NCBI GenBank assembly: GCA_046595815.1
Contig: JBKJSN010000130.1
Span: 1,447-65,446, forward strand
Direction of reading: 5' to 3'
Source: Mycobacteriales bacterium
Lineage (GTDB): Bacteria > Actinomycetota > Actinomycetes > Mycobacteriales > SCTD01
DNA length: 64,000 nt
The translations under genes and the position numbers were made by a program. Below, in pieces: positions 56,848 to 64,000 of the stretch (position 1 is the stretch's first letter; every line of letters begins with the position of its first letter). The notes under the pieces are model-generated. The model had not been told where the DNA came from and searched no databases. It saw only the letters and a program-made list of their open reading frames with translations.

Positions 56848-57903
56848 TCAGGCGGGCGAGGCGGCCAGTCTGTCTTGGGGCTGCGGCCCGAAGTAGGTGC
56901 TCCTGGCGACGTTCTCGCGCGAGTCCAAGTATGAACCGGCAGCCGGTGCGGGGTTCCAGTAGTCGTCCAGGCCGCAGTCGAGCACCTCGACCGGCTGCGT
57001 CGCGCACGCCTTGACCAACGGCTTGCGCTGGGTTGGGCACATCACCGACGGGGTGTCCGCGCAGTGACCGCCCCCGTCGCTGTGCGGGGCCGACAGCTGG
57101 ACCGCTCCAAGGGTGTGGAACAGCTCGTGCACCTGGACCCTGGCCTTGCTCTGGCCCAGCTCCCAGCACGACGGGCCGCGGGCGGTGAAGGTCGAGCGCC
57201 AGACGGCCGAGTAGCGCGGCAGCGGCACGCCACCGACTGAGCTCAGCGGGTCGGTACGCGCTCCCACGGTGGGCACGCCGTCATGCACGTTCGCGGGGTG
57301 CGGCTGGTCCATGTCCGGCATGAGCTCACCGAGCCCGCAGACGCCCTCGGTGGTGAAGCCGTCGAAGATGACTTGGTACTTGCGGTCGTTCCGCGTGTAC
57401 CCCAGGCCTTGCAGGGTGTCGATCATGACCCCGAAGCGCTGCTCCGGAGTGCCCTTCTCCGTGCTGGCCGGGAAGCGCACGACAGGCACCGAGATGCCCG
57501 CACAGCCGGGGTTGAAGGCGAAGCGGATGCCCAGGTCCTTACCGGCTGCCGCAGCGTTGATCACCGCCTGCATCCGGGGCGCAATGGCGACCCTCAACAG
57601 CTTGGTGACGGCGACGGCGTTGTTGGGCCGGCCGGCGGCGTACCCGTAGATCAGCTGCACCCGCGGCCCGGTCGTGCCGTCGCCGTAGCAGGGCACCGGA
57701 GCGGTGGCCGCTGCCACGCCCGCCCATCGGGTGGCAGCTGCTTCGTCGTACAGGTCGCCCTCGGGGTGGACGCACGAGAACCGGCCGACGGGTGTGAACC
57801 CGGCACAGCGCCCAGACGCAGCAACGACCCGCTCGGCAGGCGCGGCCTGGGCGGGAACGGACAAGACCGACCCCAGGAGGGCGGCCAGCAGGAGCGCACG
57901 CAC
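56848..57903 (-). CDS. Secreted Cys-rich protein with HExxH motif (putative zinc metalloprotease)
   Basis: GTG start. Signal peptide MRALLLAALLGSVLSVPAQA. Contains VHELFHTLG followed by SAPHSDGGGHC. Confidence 0.5.
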   Translation of the reverse strand: MRALLLAALLGSVLSVPAQAAPAERVVAASGRCAGFTPVGRFSCVHPEGDLYDEAAATRWAGVAAATAPVPCYGDGTTGPRVQLIYGYAAGRPNNAVAVTKLLRVAIAPRMQAVINAAAAGKDLGIRFAFNPGCAGISVPVVRFPASTEKGTPEQRFGVMIDTLQGLGYTRNDRKYQVIFDGFTTEGVCGLGELMPDMDQPHPANVHDGVPTVGARTDPLSSVGGVPLPRYSAVWRSTFTARGPSCWELGQSKARVQVHELFHTLGAVQLSAPHSDGGGHCADTPSVMCPTQRKPLVKACATQPVEVLDCGLDDYWNPAPAAGSYLDSRENVARSTYFGPQPQDRLAASPA

Positions 57904-57940
57904 GGTAGGGAGAGCCTACAGACGGTCACGAGGTTCGGCG

Positions 57941-58020
57941 GACACGACGACGGCGCCGCACCCTGAAGGCGCAGCGCCGTCGTGTCGCGTCCCTGCAGCG
58001 GGGGGATCAGCCCCGCAGGG
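57941..58020 (-). terminator. Two tandem GC-rich hairpins downstream of bldC
   Basis: ccctgcagcgggg...ccccgcaggg (57991-58020), and gacacgac(gac)ggcgc...gcgccgtcgtgtc (57941-57986). Confidence 0.45.
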
Positions 58021-58061
58021 ACGTCACGGGCCCACGGGGACCCGCCGTCGTGAGGAAAGTG

Positions 58062-58265
58062 CTAGCTGGAGCGGGGCTGCGGGATGCCCGCGAGCAGCGC
58101 GCGCACCTCGGCCTCGCGATAGCGGCGGTGGCCGCCGAGAGTGCGGATCGAGGTCAGCTTGCCGCTCTTCGCCCAACGCGTGACGGTCTTGGGGTCGACA
58201 CGGAAGAGCGAGGCGACCTCAGCAGGGGTCAGGAGTGCCTCGGCGTCATGGGTGCGGGTGCTCAT
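58062..58265 (-). CDS. bldC: BldC-family small MerR-like DNA-binding developmental regulator
   Basis: The 67-aa LLTPAEVASLFRVDPKTVTRWAKSGKLTSIRTLGGHRRYREAEVRALLAGIPQ is nearly identical to remembered Streptomyces BldC. Confidence 0.85.
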   Translation of the reverse strand: MSTRTHDAEALLTPAEVASLFRVDPKTVTRWAKSGKLTSIRTLGGHRRYREAEVRALLAGIPQPRSS

Positions 58266-58401
58266 CGCGTTCGTTCCCTTCGGGGCTGGTGAGCTGGCTG
58301 TTCGCCCTCTCCGTAGCAGACAGTGCCCGATGCCTGCCTTGTCCGGTATGGCACGACCGGGCCATCTTCGGACTAGTCACTCCTGACACCTGTTCGGGTA
58401 C

Positions 58402-59253
58402 TTAGTTCGCGGCCTCGATCGCCTGGAGTGCGTGCATCCGCGCCGTCACCCGCCGGTACGCCACGGCAGCGCCCTCGCCGTCCCCTGCCGCGAGGCGTTC
58501 CATCGACGTCGCCAGGTCCCGGGCCGACTCGTCCTGGCTCAGCTCGGCGTCGTCGAGCAGGTGCACCAAGCCGCCGTAGTCGAGCTCCACCAACGACCGG
58601 GGGTGGAACTCCTCCAACCAGCGGCCGAGCTCCTCTACGCCGCGAGTGACGTCCTCGTCCTGCAACGACACCCGCAGCACCGACAGCGCCCGGGCGATGC
58701 GGCGTCGCGCCCGCGACATCGGGGTGCGGTAGACCAAGGACCGGCCTGTACGCCGGGCCAGCCCCAGCGAGGAGGGCTCTGCCGTCTCCCCCAGAGTGAC
58801 CTGGCGCTCCTGCGGATCGACCAGCAGGAACCATCGCAAAGGCACCTGCCAGGTGCAGGTGCGGACGTGGGTCACCACCGTGCCGCGCTCGGCCCGCCAC
58901 CGGTCCAGCTCGACCTCCGCGCGTTCCACGAGGGTCCGCGAGGTGAAAGCGTCGAGGACCACCTCGGGCAACTCGGCGGTGAAGTCCAGCAGGGCTTCGT
59001 TCGCCCGCAGCATGGTGCGCCACGGACACAGGAGCGTGACTCCGTCGACCTCCAGGACGTAGGCGTGCTCGGGGAGCAGAGGCAGCCGGCGGTGCACCAC
59101 GGCCGCGGCGACGGCGGCGTGCTCAAGGGCCCCCGCCGCCGGTGCGGGCAGGTGCGCGCCCTCCCGGACGTAGTTCTCCCAGTGCTCGCGCTCGGCCCCT
59201 TCGAAGGCCGCCAGCGGCTCGTAGACCCGCAGGCTCGCGGTGAAGGCGGTCAC
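58402..59253 (-). CDS. Conserved hypothetical protein
   Basis: 283 aa, GC3-rich, no recognised motif. Sits between bldC and vdh, as in Streptomyces synteny. Confidence 0.6.
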   Translation of the reverse strand: MTAFTASLRVYEPLAAFEGAEREHWENYVREGAHLPAPAAGALEHAAVAAAVVHRRLPLLPEHAYVLEVDGVTLLCPWRTMLRANEALLDFTAELPEVVLDAFTSRTLVERAEVELDRWRAERGTVVTHVRTCTWQVPLRWFLLVDPQERQVTLGETAEPSSLGLARRTGRSLVYRTPMSRARRRIARALSVLRVSLQDEDVTRGVEELGRWLEEFHPRSLVELDYGGLVHLLDDAELSQDESARDLATSMERLAAGDGEGAAVAYRRVTARMHALQAIEAAN

Positions 59254-59378
59254 GCCGGCATCGTCGCACGCCTACCCTGGTCGTGACGGGGCACACACCA
59301 CCCCCGCGACAAGCCAGTCACATAAGGGACCGCCCCACAAGGGCAGGCCCCTCACCGCAAAGGACGACCGTGGGCGTC

Positions 59379-60455
59379 TTCGACCGCACCGACCACCTCA
59401 AGGACGCAGGGCACGAGCAGGTCGTGTTCTGCCAGGACCCGCAGAGCGGGCTGAAGGCGATCATCGCCCTCTACTCCACCGCGCTCGGCCCCGCCCTCGG
59501 CGGCACGCGTTTCTACCCGTACGCCGATGAAGAGGCCGCCGTCGCGGATGTCCTGAAGCTCAGCAAGGCCATGGCCTACAAGGCCGCGTGCGCGGGCGTC
59601 GACCTCGGCGGCGGCAAGGCCGTGATCCTGGGCGACCCGGCGACCCAGAAGACCGAGGCGCTGCTGCGGGCCTACGGCCGGATGGTGCAGAGCCTCGGCG
59701 GCCGCTACTACACCGCCTGCGACGTCGGTACCTACGTGCAGGACATGGACGTCATCGCCAAGGAGACCCGCTTCGTCACCGGCCGCTCGCCCGAGCACGG
59801 CGGGGCCGGGGACAGTGCCGTCCTCACGGCCTTCGGTGTCTTCCAGTCGATGCGTGCCACCGCCCAGCACACCTGGGGCAACCCGTCGCTCGCTGGGCGA
59901 CGTGTCGCCGTCGAAGGCGTCGGCAAGGTCGGCCACCACCTGGTGCAGCACCTGCTCGAGGACGGCGCGCACGTGGTGATCAGCGACGTCAACGACGACG
60001 CGGTACGCCGGGTTACCCAGGCCTTCGGTCAGGTCGAGGTCGCCTCAGTGGCGGATCTCCCCCACCTGGACGTCGACGTCTACGCACCGTGCGCCCTGGG
60101 CGGATCGCTGGATGACGACCTCGTGCCCGCCCTTCGGGCGAAGGTGGTCTGCGGCGCCGCCAACAACCAGCTCACACACCCGGGCGTCGAGAAGCTCCTC
60201 GCCGATCGCGGGATCCTCTACGCGCCCGACTACGTCGCGAACGCCGGCGGCCTGATCCAGGTGGAGGACGAGGCGCTCAACGACACCTTCTCCTTCGAGC
60301 GGGCCAAGACCAAGGCAGCGCGGATCTTCGACACCACGTTGGAGGTCTTCCGGCTCGCTGAGGCTGAGGGCGTCCCACCCGCCGTGGCCGCCGACCGGTT
60401 CGCCGAGCGCCGCATGGCCGAGGTGTCCCGGCTGCGGTCGATCCTGCTGCCCTGA
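59379..60455 (+). CDS. vdh: Valine/leucine dehydrogenase (Glu/Leu/Phe/Val dehydrogenase family)
   Basis: [28 protein letters not shown] and GVGKVGHHL (Rossmann). GTG at 59379 is likelier than the track start at 59283. Confidence 0.85.
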   Translation, partial: FDRTDHLKDAGHEQVVFCQDPQSGLKAIIALYSTALGPALGGTRFYPYADEEAAVADVLKLSKAMAYKAACAGVDLGGGKAVILGDPATQKTEALLRAYGRMVQSLGGRYYTACDVGTYVQDMDVIAKETRFVTGRSPEHGGAGDSAVLTAFGVFQSMRATAQHTWGNPSLAGRRVAVEGVGKVGHHLVQHLLEDGAHVVISDVNDDAVRRVTQAFGQVEVASVADLPHLDVDVYAPCALGGSLDDDLVPALRAKVVCGAANNQLTHPGVEKLLADRGILYAPDYVANAGGLIQVEDEALNDTFSFERAKTKAARIFDTTLEVFRLAEAEGVPPAVAADRFAERRMAEVSRLRSILLP

Positions 60456-60463
60456 GCCGTGAG

Positions 60464-61021
60464 CTACTGCGTGCAGTTGATGTTCTGGATCTGACCGTCG
60501 GCGGCGGCCGGGACCGTCGTCCTGATCGAGTTCGCGGCGCCCATCTCGACCGTGCCGGTCACGGTCTCGTTGAGCGAGCGGAAGAAGTCGATGACAAGCA
60601 CGTACGTGCGGCCGGGCTTGAGCTCTGACTTCGGAAGGAAGACCTTCTCGGTGGCCGTGCCGAAGCCGGCGCAGTGCGCGACCTCGGAGGTGCTGCCGTC
60701 CTTGGCCACCTCTCCGACGTACAGGTCGATGTCCGACAGCGGGTTCGTCCACTTCAGGGAGAACAGCATGTCGCCGTTGACGCCCTTGACCGGCTTGTAG
60801 ACGAAGGGCAGCCGGGCGCAGCGCGGCATCGCGCACTCCGTGCGGTCCGCGGACTCGAGGTCGGCGAAGTCCTGGTCGTGGTCCTGCGCCCCGCCGTTGG
60901 CGGTGATCGAAAGCTTCTTGACCTTCTTGCCGTCCATGCTCTTGGGCGCCGCGTCCGCAGTCGAGGACAGCACGGCGAGCGCGCCGACGAGGACAGAGGC
61001 GAGGACGGTACGGGCACGCAT
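60464..61021 (-). CDS. Secreted protein, function unknown
   Basis: Signal peptide MRARTVLASVLVGALAVLSSTADA. 185 aa, beta-rich, 4 Cys. Confidence 0.6.
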   Translation of the reverse strand: MRARTVLASVLVGALAVLSSTADAAPKSMDGKKVKKLSITANGGAQDHDQDFADLESADRTECAMPRCARLPFVYKPVKGVNGDMLFSLKWTNPLSDIDLYVGEVAKDGSTSEVAHCAGFGTATEKVFLPKSELKPGRTYVLVIDFFRSLNETVTGTVEMGAANSIRTTVPAAADGQIQNINCTQ

Positions 61022-61210
61022 GGGGTGACTCCAAGGACGCTGGGTACGGCGGTTGCCTGCTCAGTTCGCTGCCTGCGGGCGAACTCCTGCACGACGCGTC
61101 GCAGGTCACCGGCCTACCGCCGTGTGGCGCGCCGTTTGCTTTTGTAGACTGGGCGCCCACACCACCCGTACCGCTCCGGCGGGTCACGCACGAATCGAGG
61201 GGGTCGAGCC

Positions 61211-61393
61211 ATGGGGCGCGGCCGTGCCAAGGCCAAGCAGACCAAGGTGGCGCGCGAGCTGAAGTACAGCTCGGGGTCGCTCGATCCTGAAGCGCTGCGC
61301 AGGGAGCTGGCCTCCCAGGGTCCTGTCGGCCTTTACTCCTCCGCGGAGGACGACTCCGCCGACGAGGAGGAAGACGAGGACGAGGACGAGTAG
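61211..61393 (+). CDS. DUF3073-family small protein
   Basis: MGRGRAKAKQTKVARELKYSS... with an acidic tail DEEEDEDEDE. Conserved neighbour of purM in actinobacteria. Confidence 0.75.
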   Translation: MGRGRAKAKQTKVARELKYSSGSLDPEALRRELASQGPVGLYSSAEDDSADEEEDEDEDE

Positions 61394-61446
61394 TCCCACG
61401 ACCTGACGAAGGGCGGCCCGCATCGCGCGGTGCCGCCCTTCGGCTT

Positions 61447-62544
61447 CTAACGGGGGTGCGACCCCTGGAGTACGGCGGAGCCGTCGCCCTCGACGAGCTC
61501 GCCCAGGACCCAGGCCGGCACGTGGCGGGCGGTCAACAGCGCGAGGGTGCGGTCCACGTCTTCTGCCGGCACGACGGCGACCATGCCGACGCCCATGTTG
61601 AACGTCCGCTCCATCTCGGCCTGCTCCACCCGGCCCGTGCGCTGCACGAGGTCGAACACCGGCAGCGGGGTCCAGGTGGACCGGTCGAGCCGGGCCGTGA
61701 GGTGCTCCGGCAGGACGCGGGCCAGGTTCGCGGCGAGGCCGCCGCCCGTCACGTGCGAGAAGCCGCGTACGTCGGTCTCCGCGATGATGGCCAGGCAGTC
61801 CTTGGAGTAGATGCGGGTCGGGATCAGCAGCCCCTCGCCCAGCGTGGTGCCGAGCTCGTCGACGTGGGCGGTGAGGCTCATGCCGGCGCCGGTCAGCAGC
61901 ACGTGGCGGACCATCGAGAAGCCGTTGGAGTGCACACCTGAGGCGCCCATCGCGATGACGACGTCGCCGGCCTGCATGCGCTCGGCCCCGAGCACCGCGT
62001 CCGCCTCGACGACGCCGACACCGGTGCCCGCGATGTCGTAGTGGTCATCGGCCATCATCCCGGGGTGCTCGGCCGTCTCGCCGCCGACGAGCGCGCAGCC
62101 CGCCAGCTCGCAGCCGACCGCGATGCCACCGACGATCTCGGCGACGCGCTCCGGCACGACCTTGCCGACCGCGATGTAGTCCTGCATGAACAGCGGCTCG
62201 GCGCCGCAGACCACCAGGTCGTCCACGACCATGCCGACCAGGTCGATGCCGACGGTGTCGTGCTTGTCGAGCGCCTGGGCGATCGCGAGCTTGGTGCCCA
62301 CCCCGTCGGTGCTGCTGGCGAGCAGCGGCGCGGTGTACTTGGCCAGGTCCAGGCGGAACAGGCCGGCGAACCCGCCGAGCCCGCCGACGACCTCCGGGCG
62401 CGTCGCCCTGGCGACCTTGGACTTCATCAGCTCGACCGCGCGGTCGCCCGCTTCGATGTCGACGCCTGCCGCGGCGTACGACGCCTTGGTCAGGCCTGCC
62501 TGGTCGTAGGTGACGGTCGTGCGGCCGCTCACAGGTTGCGTCAT
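61447..62544 (-). CDS. purM: Phosphoribosylformylglycinamidine cyclo-ligase (AIR synthetase)
   Basis: DGVGTKL, DLVGMVVDDLVVCGAEPLF and GGETAEHPG. ATG at 62544 with ATGA overlap onto the purF stop. The track start at 62715 is an extension. Confidence 0.9.
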   Translation of the reverse strand: MTQPVSGRTTVTYDQAGLTKASYAAAGVDIEAGDRAVELMKSKVARATRPEVVGGLGGFAGLFRLDLAKYTAPLLASSTDGVGTKLAIAQALDKHDTVGIDLVGMVVDDLVVCGAEPLFMQDYIAVGKVVPERVAEIVGGIAVGCELAGCALVGGETAEHPGMMADDHYDIAGTGVGVVEADAVLGAERMQAGDVVIAMGASGVHSNGFSMVRHVLLTGAGMSLTAHVDELGTTLGEGLLIPTRIYSKDCLAIIAETDVRGFSHVTGGGLAANLARVLPEHLTARLDRSTWTPLPVFDLVQRTGRVEQAEMERTFNMGVGMVAVVPAEDVDRTLALLTARHVPAWVLGELVEGDGSAVLQGSHPR

Positions 62545-64000
62545 GGCTGCCGCAGCGCTGTCGCGCCACCCTGGCCGCCGAGCAGGGCCTCCACCGGTTG
62601 CGGCTGGGACTCCTCCTCGGTCACGCTCCGGGTCAGCCCCTCGAGGACGTGCTTGCCGATGAGGTCCTGCTCGGGCAACGCGATGGGGTAGTCGCCGGTG
62701 AAACAGGCCCGGCACAGCTTGTCGGCGGGCTGGGCACTCGCAGCGGTCAGCCCGTCGAGGGAGACGAAGGCGAGGGAGTCGGCGCCGATGGTCGCGCAGA
62801 TCTCCTCGACCGACAGGCTGCTCGCGATGAGCTCGCCCTTGCTGGCGAAGTCGATGCCGTAGAAGCAGGGGTCGGTCACCGGCGGGCTGGAGATGCGCAC
62901 GTGCACCTCGGCCGCGCCTGCCTCCCGCAGCATCCGCACCAGCGCCCGCTGGGTGTTCCCGCGCACGATCGAGTCGTCCACGACCACGAGCCGCTTGCCC
63001 TTGATGACCTCGCGCAGCGGGTTGAGCTTGAGCCGGATGCCCAGCTGCCGGATGGTCTGGCTCGGCTGGATGAAGGTGCGACCGACGTACGCGTTCTTGA
63101 CAAGGCCGTTGCCGTACGGGATGCCTGACTGCTCGGCGTACCCGATCGCTGCCGGTGTCCCGGACTCCGGCACCGGGATGACCAGGTCGGCGTCGACGGG
63201 CGCCTCGAAGGCGAGCGTGCGGCCGGTCTCGACGCGGGTGCTGTAGACCGAGCGGCCGGCGATGGAGGTGTCCGGGCGGGCGAGGTAGACGTACTCGAAC
63301 AGGCAGCCCTTCGGCGTCGGCTCGGCGAACCGGCTCGACCGCGGTCCGTGCTCATCGATGGCCAGCAACTCGCCGGGTTCGATCTCGCGGATGAAGGTCG
63401 CGCCGACGATGTCCAGCGCCGCGGTCTCGCTGGCGACGACCCAGCCAGTCTCGATCTTGCCGAGCACCAAGGGACGGACGCCGTGTGGGTCGCGGGCGGC
63501 ATAGAGCGTGTGCTCGTCCATGAAGACGAGGCTGAAAGCGCCCTGCACCCAGGGCAGGATGTCGCGAGCGGCCTGCTCGACGCTCTTGTCGGCGCTGGCC
63601 GCGAGCAACGCGGTGATGAGATCGGAGTCGTTGGTGGCGCCCATCGCGTCGCGCTTGAGCCCGAGCTCGTCGATCCGGCGCGCGAGCTCACTGGTGTTGG
63701 TGAGGTTGCCGTTGTGCCCCAGGGCGAGGTTGCCCCCCGTGGGCAGCGGCCGGAAGCTGGGCTGGGCGTTCTCCCAGGTGCAGGAGCCGGTCGTGGAGTA
63801 GCGGGTGTGGCCCACGGCCAGGTGCCCGCGCAGGGTGCTGAGGATCGCCTCGTCGAAGACCTGGGCCACCAGGCCGAGTTCCTTGTAGACGACCAGCGCG
63901 GCTCCATCGCTGACGGCCATGCCGGCCGCCTCCTGGCCGCGGTGCTGCAGGGCGTAGAGGCCGTAGTACGTCATCTTCGCGACGTCCTCGCCGGGAGCCC
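62541..64000 (-). CDS. purF: Amidophosphoribosyltransferase, N-terminus beyond the right edge
   Basis: YGLYALQHRGQEAAG, GHTRYSTTG and VVDDSIVRGNT. The frame stays open upstream of the track Met (APGEDVAKM...) to the window end. Confidence 0.9.
   Translation of the reverse strand, partial: APGEDVAKMTYYGLYALQHRGQEAAGMAVSDGAALVVYKELGLVAQVFDEAILSTLRGHLAVGHTRYSTTGSCTWENAQPSFRPLPTGGNLALGHNGNLTNTSELARRIDELGLKRDAMGATNDSDLITALLAASADKSVEQAARDILPWVQGAFSLVFMDEHTLYAARDPHGVRPLVLGKIETGWVVASETAALDIVGATFIREIEPGELLAIDEHGPRSSRFAEPTPKGCLFEYVYLARPDTSIAGRSVYSTRVETGRTLAFEAPVDADLVIPVPESGTPAAIGYAEQSGIPYGNGLVKNAYVGRTFIQPSQTIRQLGIRLKLNPLREVIKGKRLVVVDDSIVRGNTQRALVRMLREAGAAEVHVRISSPPVTDPCFYGIDFASKGELIASSLSVEEICATIGADSLAFVSLDGLTAASAQPADKLCRACFTGDYPIALPEQDLIGKHVLEGLTRSVTEEESQPQPVEALLGGQGGATALRQP

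Noticed and set aside
55565-57169. 534-aa minus-strand ORF
   Set aside because: Shadow ORF opposite the histidine kinase 55553..56839, which has clear H, N and G2 boxes.
61140-61210. gactgggcg ... ccggcgggtc upstream of the DUF3073 gene vaguely resembles ZTP (pfl) riboswitch fragments near purine genes
   Set aside because: I could not assemble the full conserved helices or pseudoknot. The downstream gene is not a purine or folate enzyme, and purM/purF are on the other strand.

Overview
Very GC-rich, GC3-saturated chromosomal segment from an actinobacterium, supported by mshD (mycothiol), glnR, bldC and DUF3073-purM-purF. I call about 70 tightly packed genes, many translationally coupled by 1-4 nt overlaps, plus a tRNA-Glu/Asp/Phe cluster and a cobalamin riboswitch. 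I found no rRNA, CRISPR array, transposase, integrase or reverse transcriptase. The edges are conserved core blocks: glnR / MoaD-like / LmeA-like / mshD on the left and bldC / vdh / DUF3073 / purM / purF on the right. Between them, in order:
- mmpL-tetR with a perfect 29-bp operator-like palindrome
- a zinc-ribbon/cyclase/AAA/TPR protein divergent from a Crp regulator
- riboswitch-controlled cbtBA
- a large aromatic amino-acid catabolic supercluster (phhAB, Lrp, hppD, hmgA, unknown gene, fahA, MEDS protein, indolepyruvate oxidoreductase, Lrp)
- GH3 glucosidase, ogt and ada-alkA, and an acyl-CoA dehydrogenase
- a lone HNH endonuclease with lower-GC structured flanking DNA
- a cupredoxin-like lipoprotein/membrane pair
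- an ArsR-rhodanese / MBL-rhodanese / MFS sulfur module
- a LAL-type LuxR regulator
- an ars island (arsR, MIP channel, arsC, ArsI/CadI)
- a thiolase and an ECF sigma module
- an island with two two-component systems, an ABC-2 exporter, a lipoprotein and a small acidic secreted protein

I see no clear-cut new system such as a defence island. The best candidates for undescribed biology are:
1. The uncharacterised gene translationally coupled between hmgA and fahA, a possible missing thiol-independent or mycothiol-type maleylacetoacetate isomerase.
2. The HNH ORF with about 330 nt of structured upstream DNA.
3. The ArsR-rhodanese fusion regulator module.
4. The dual-TCS / ABC-2 / lipoprotein / acidic-peptide island.

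All functional calls come from reading translated motifs from memory. No database search was run.
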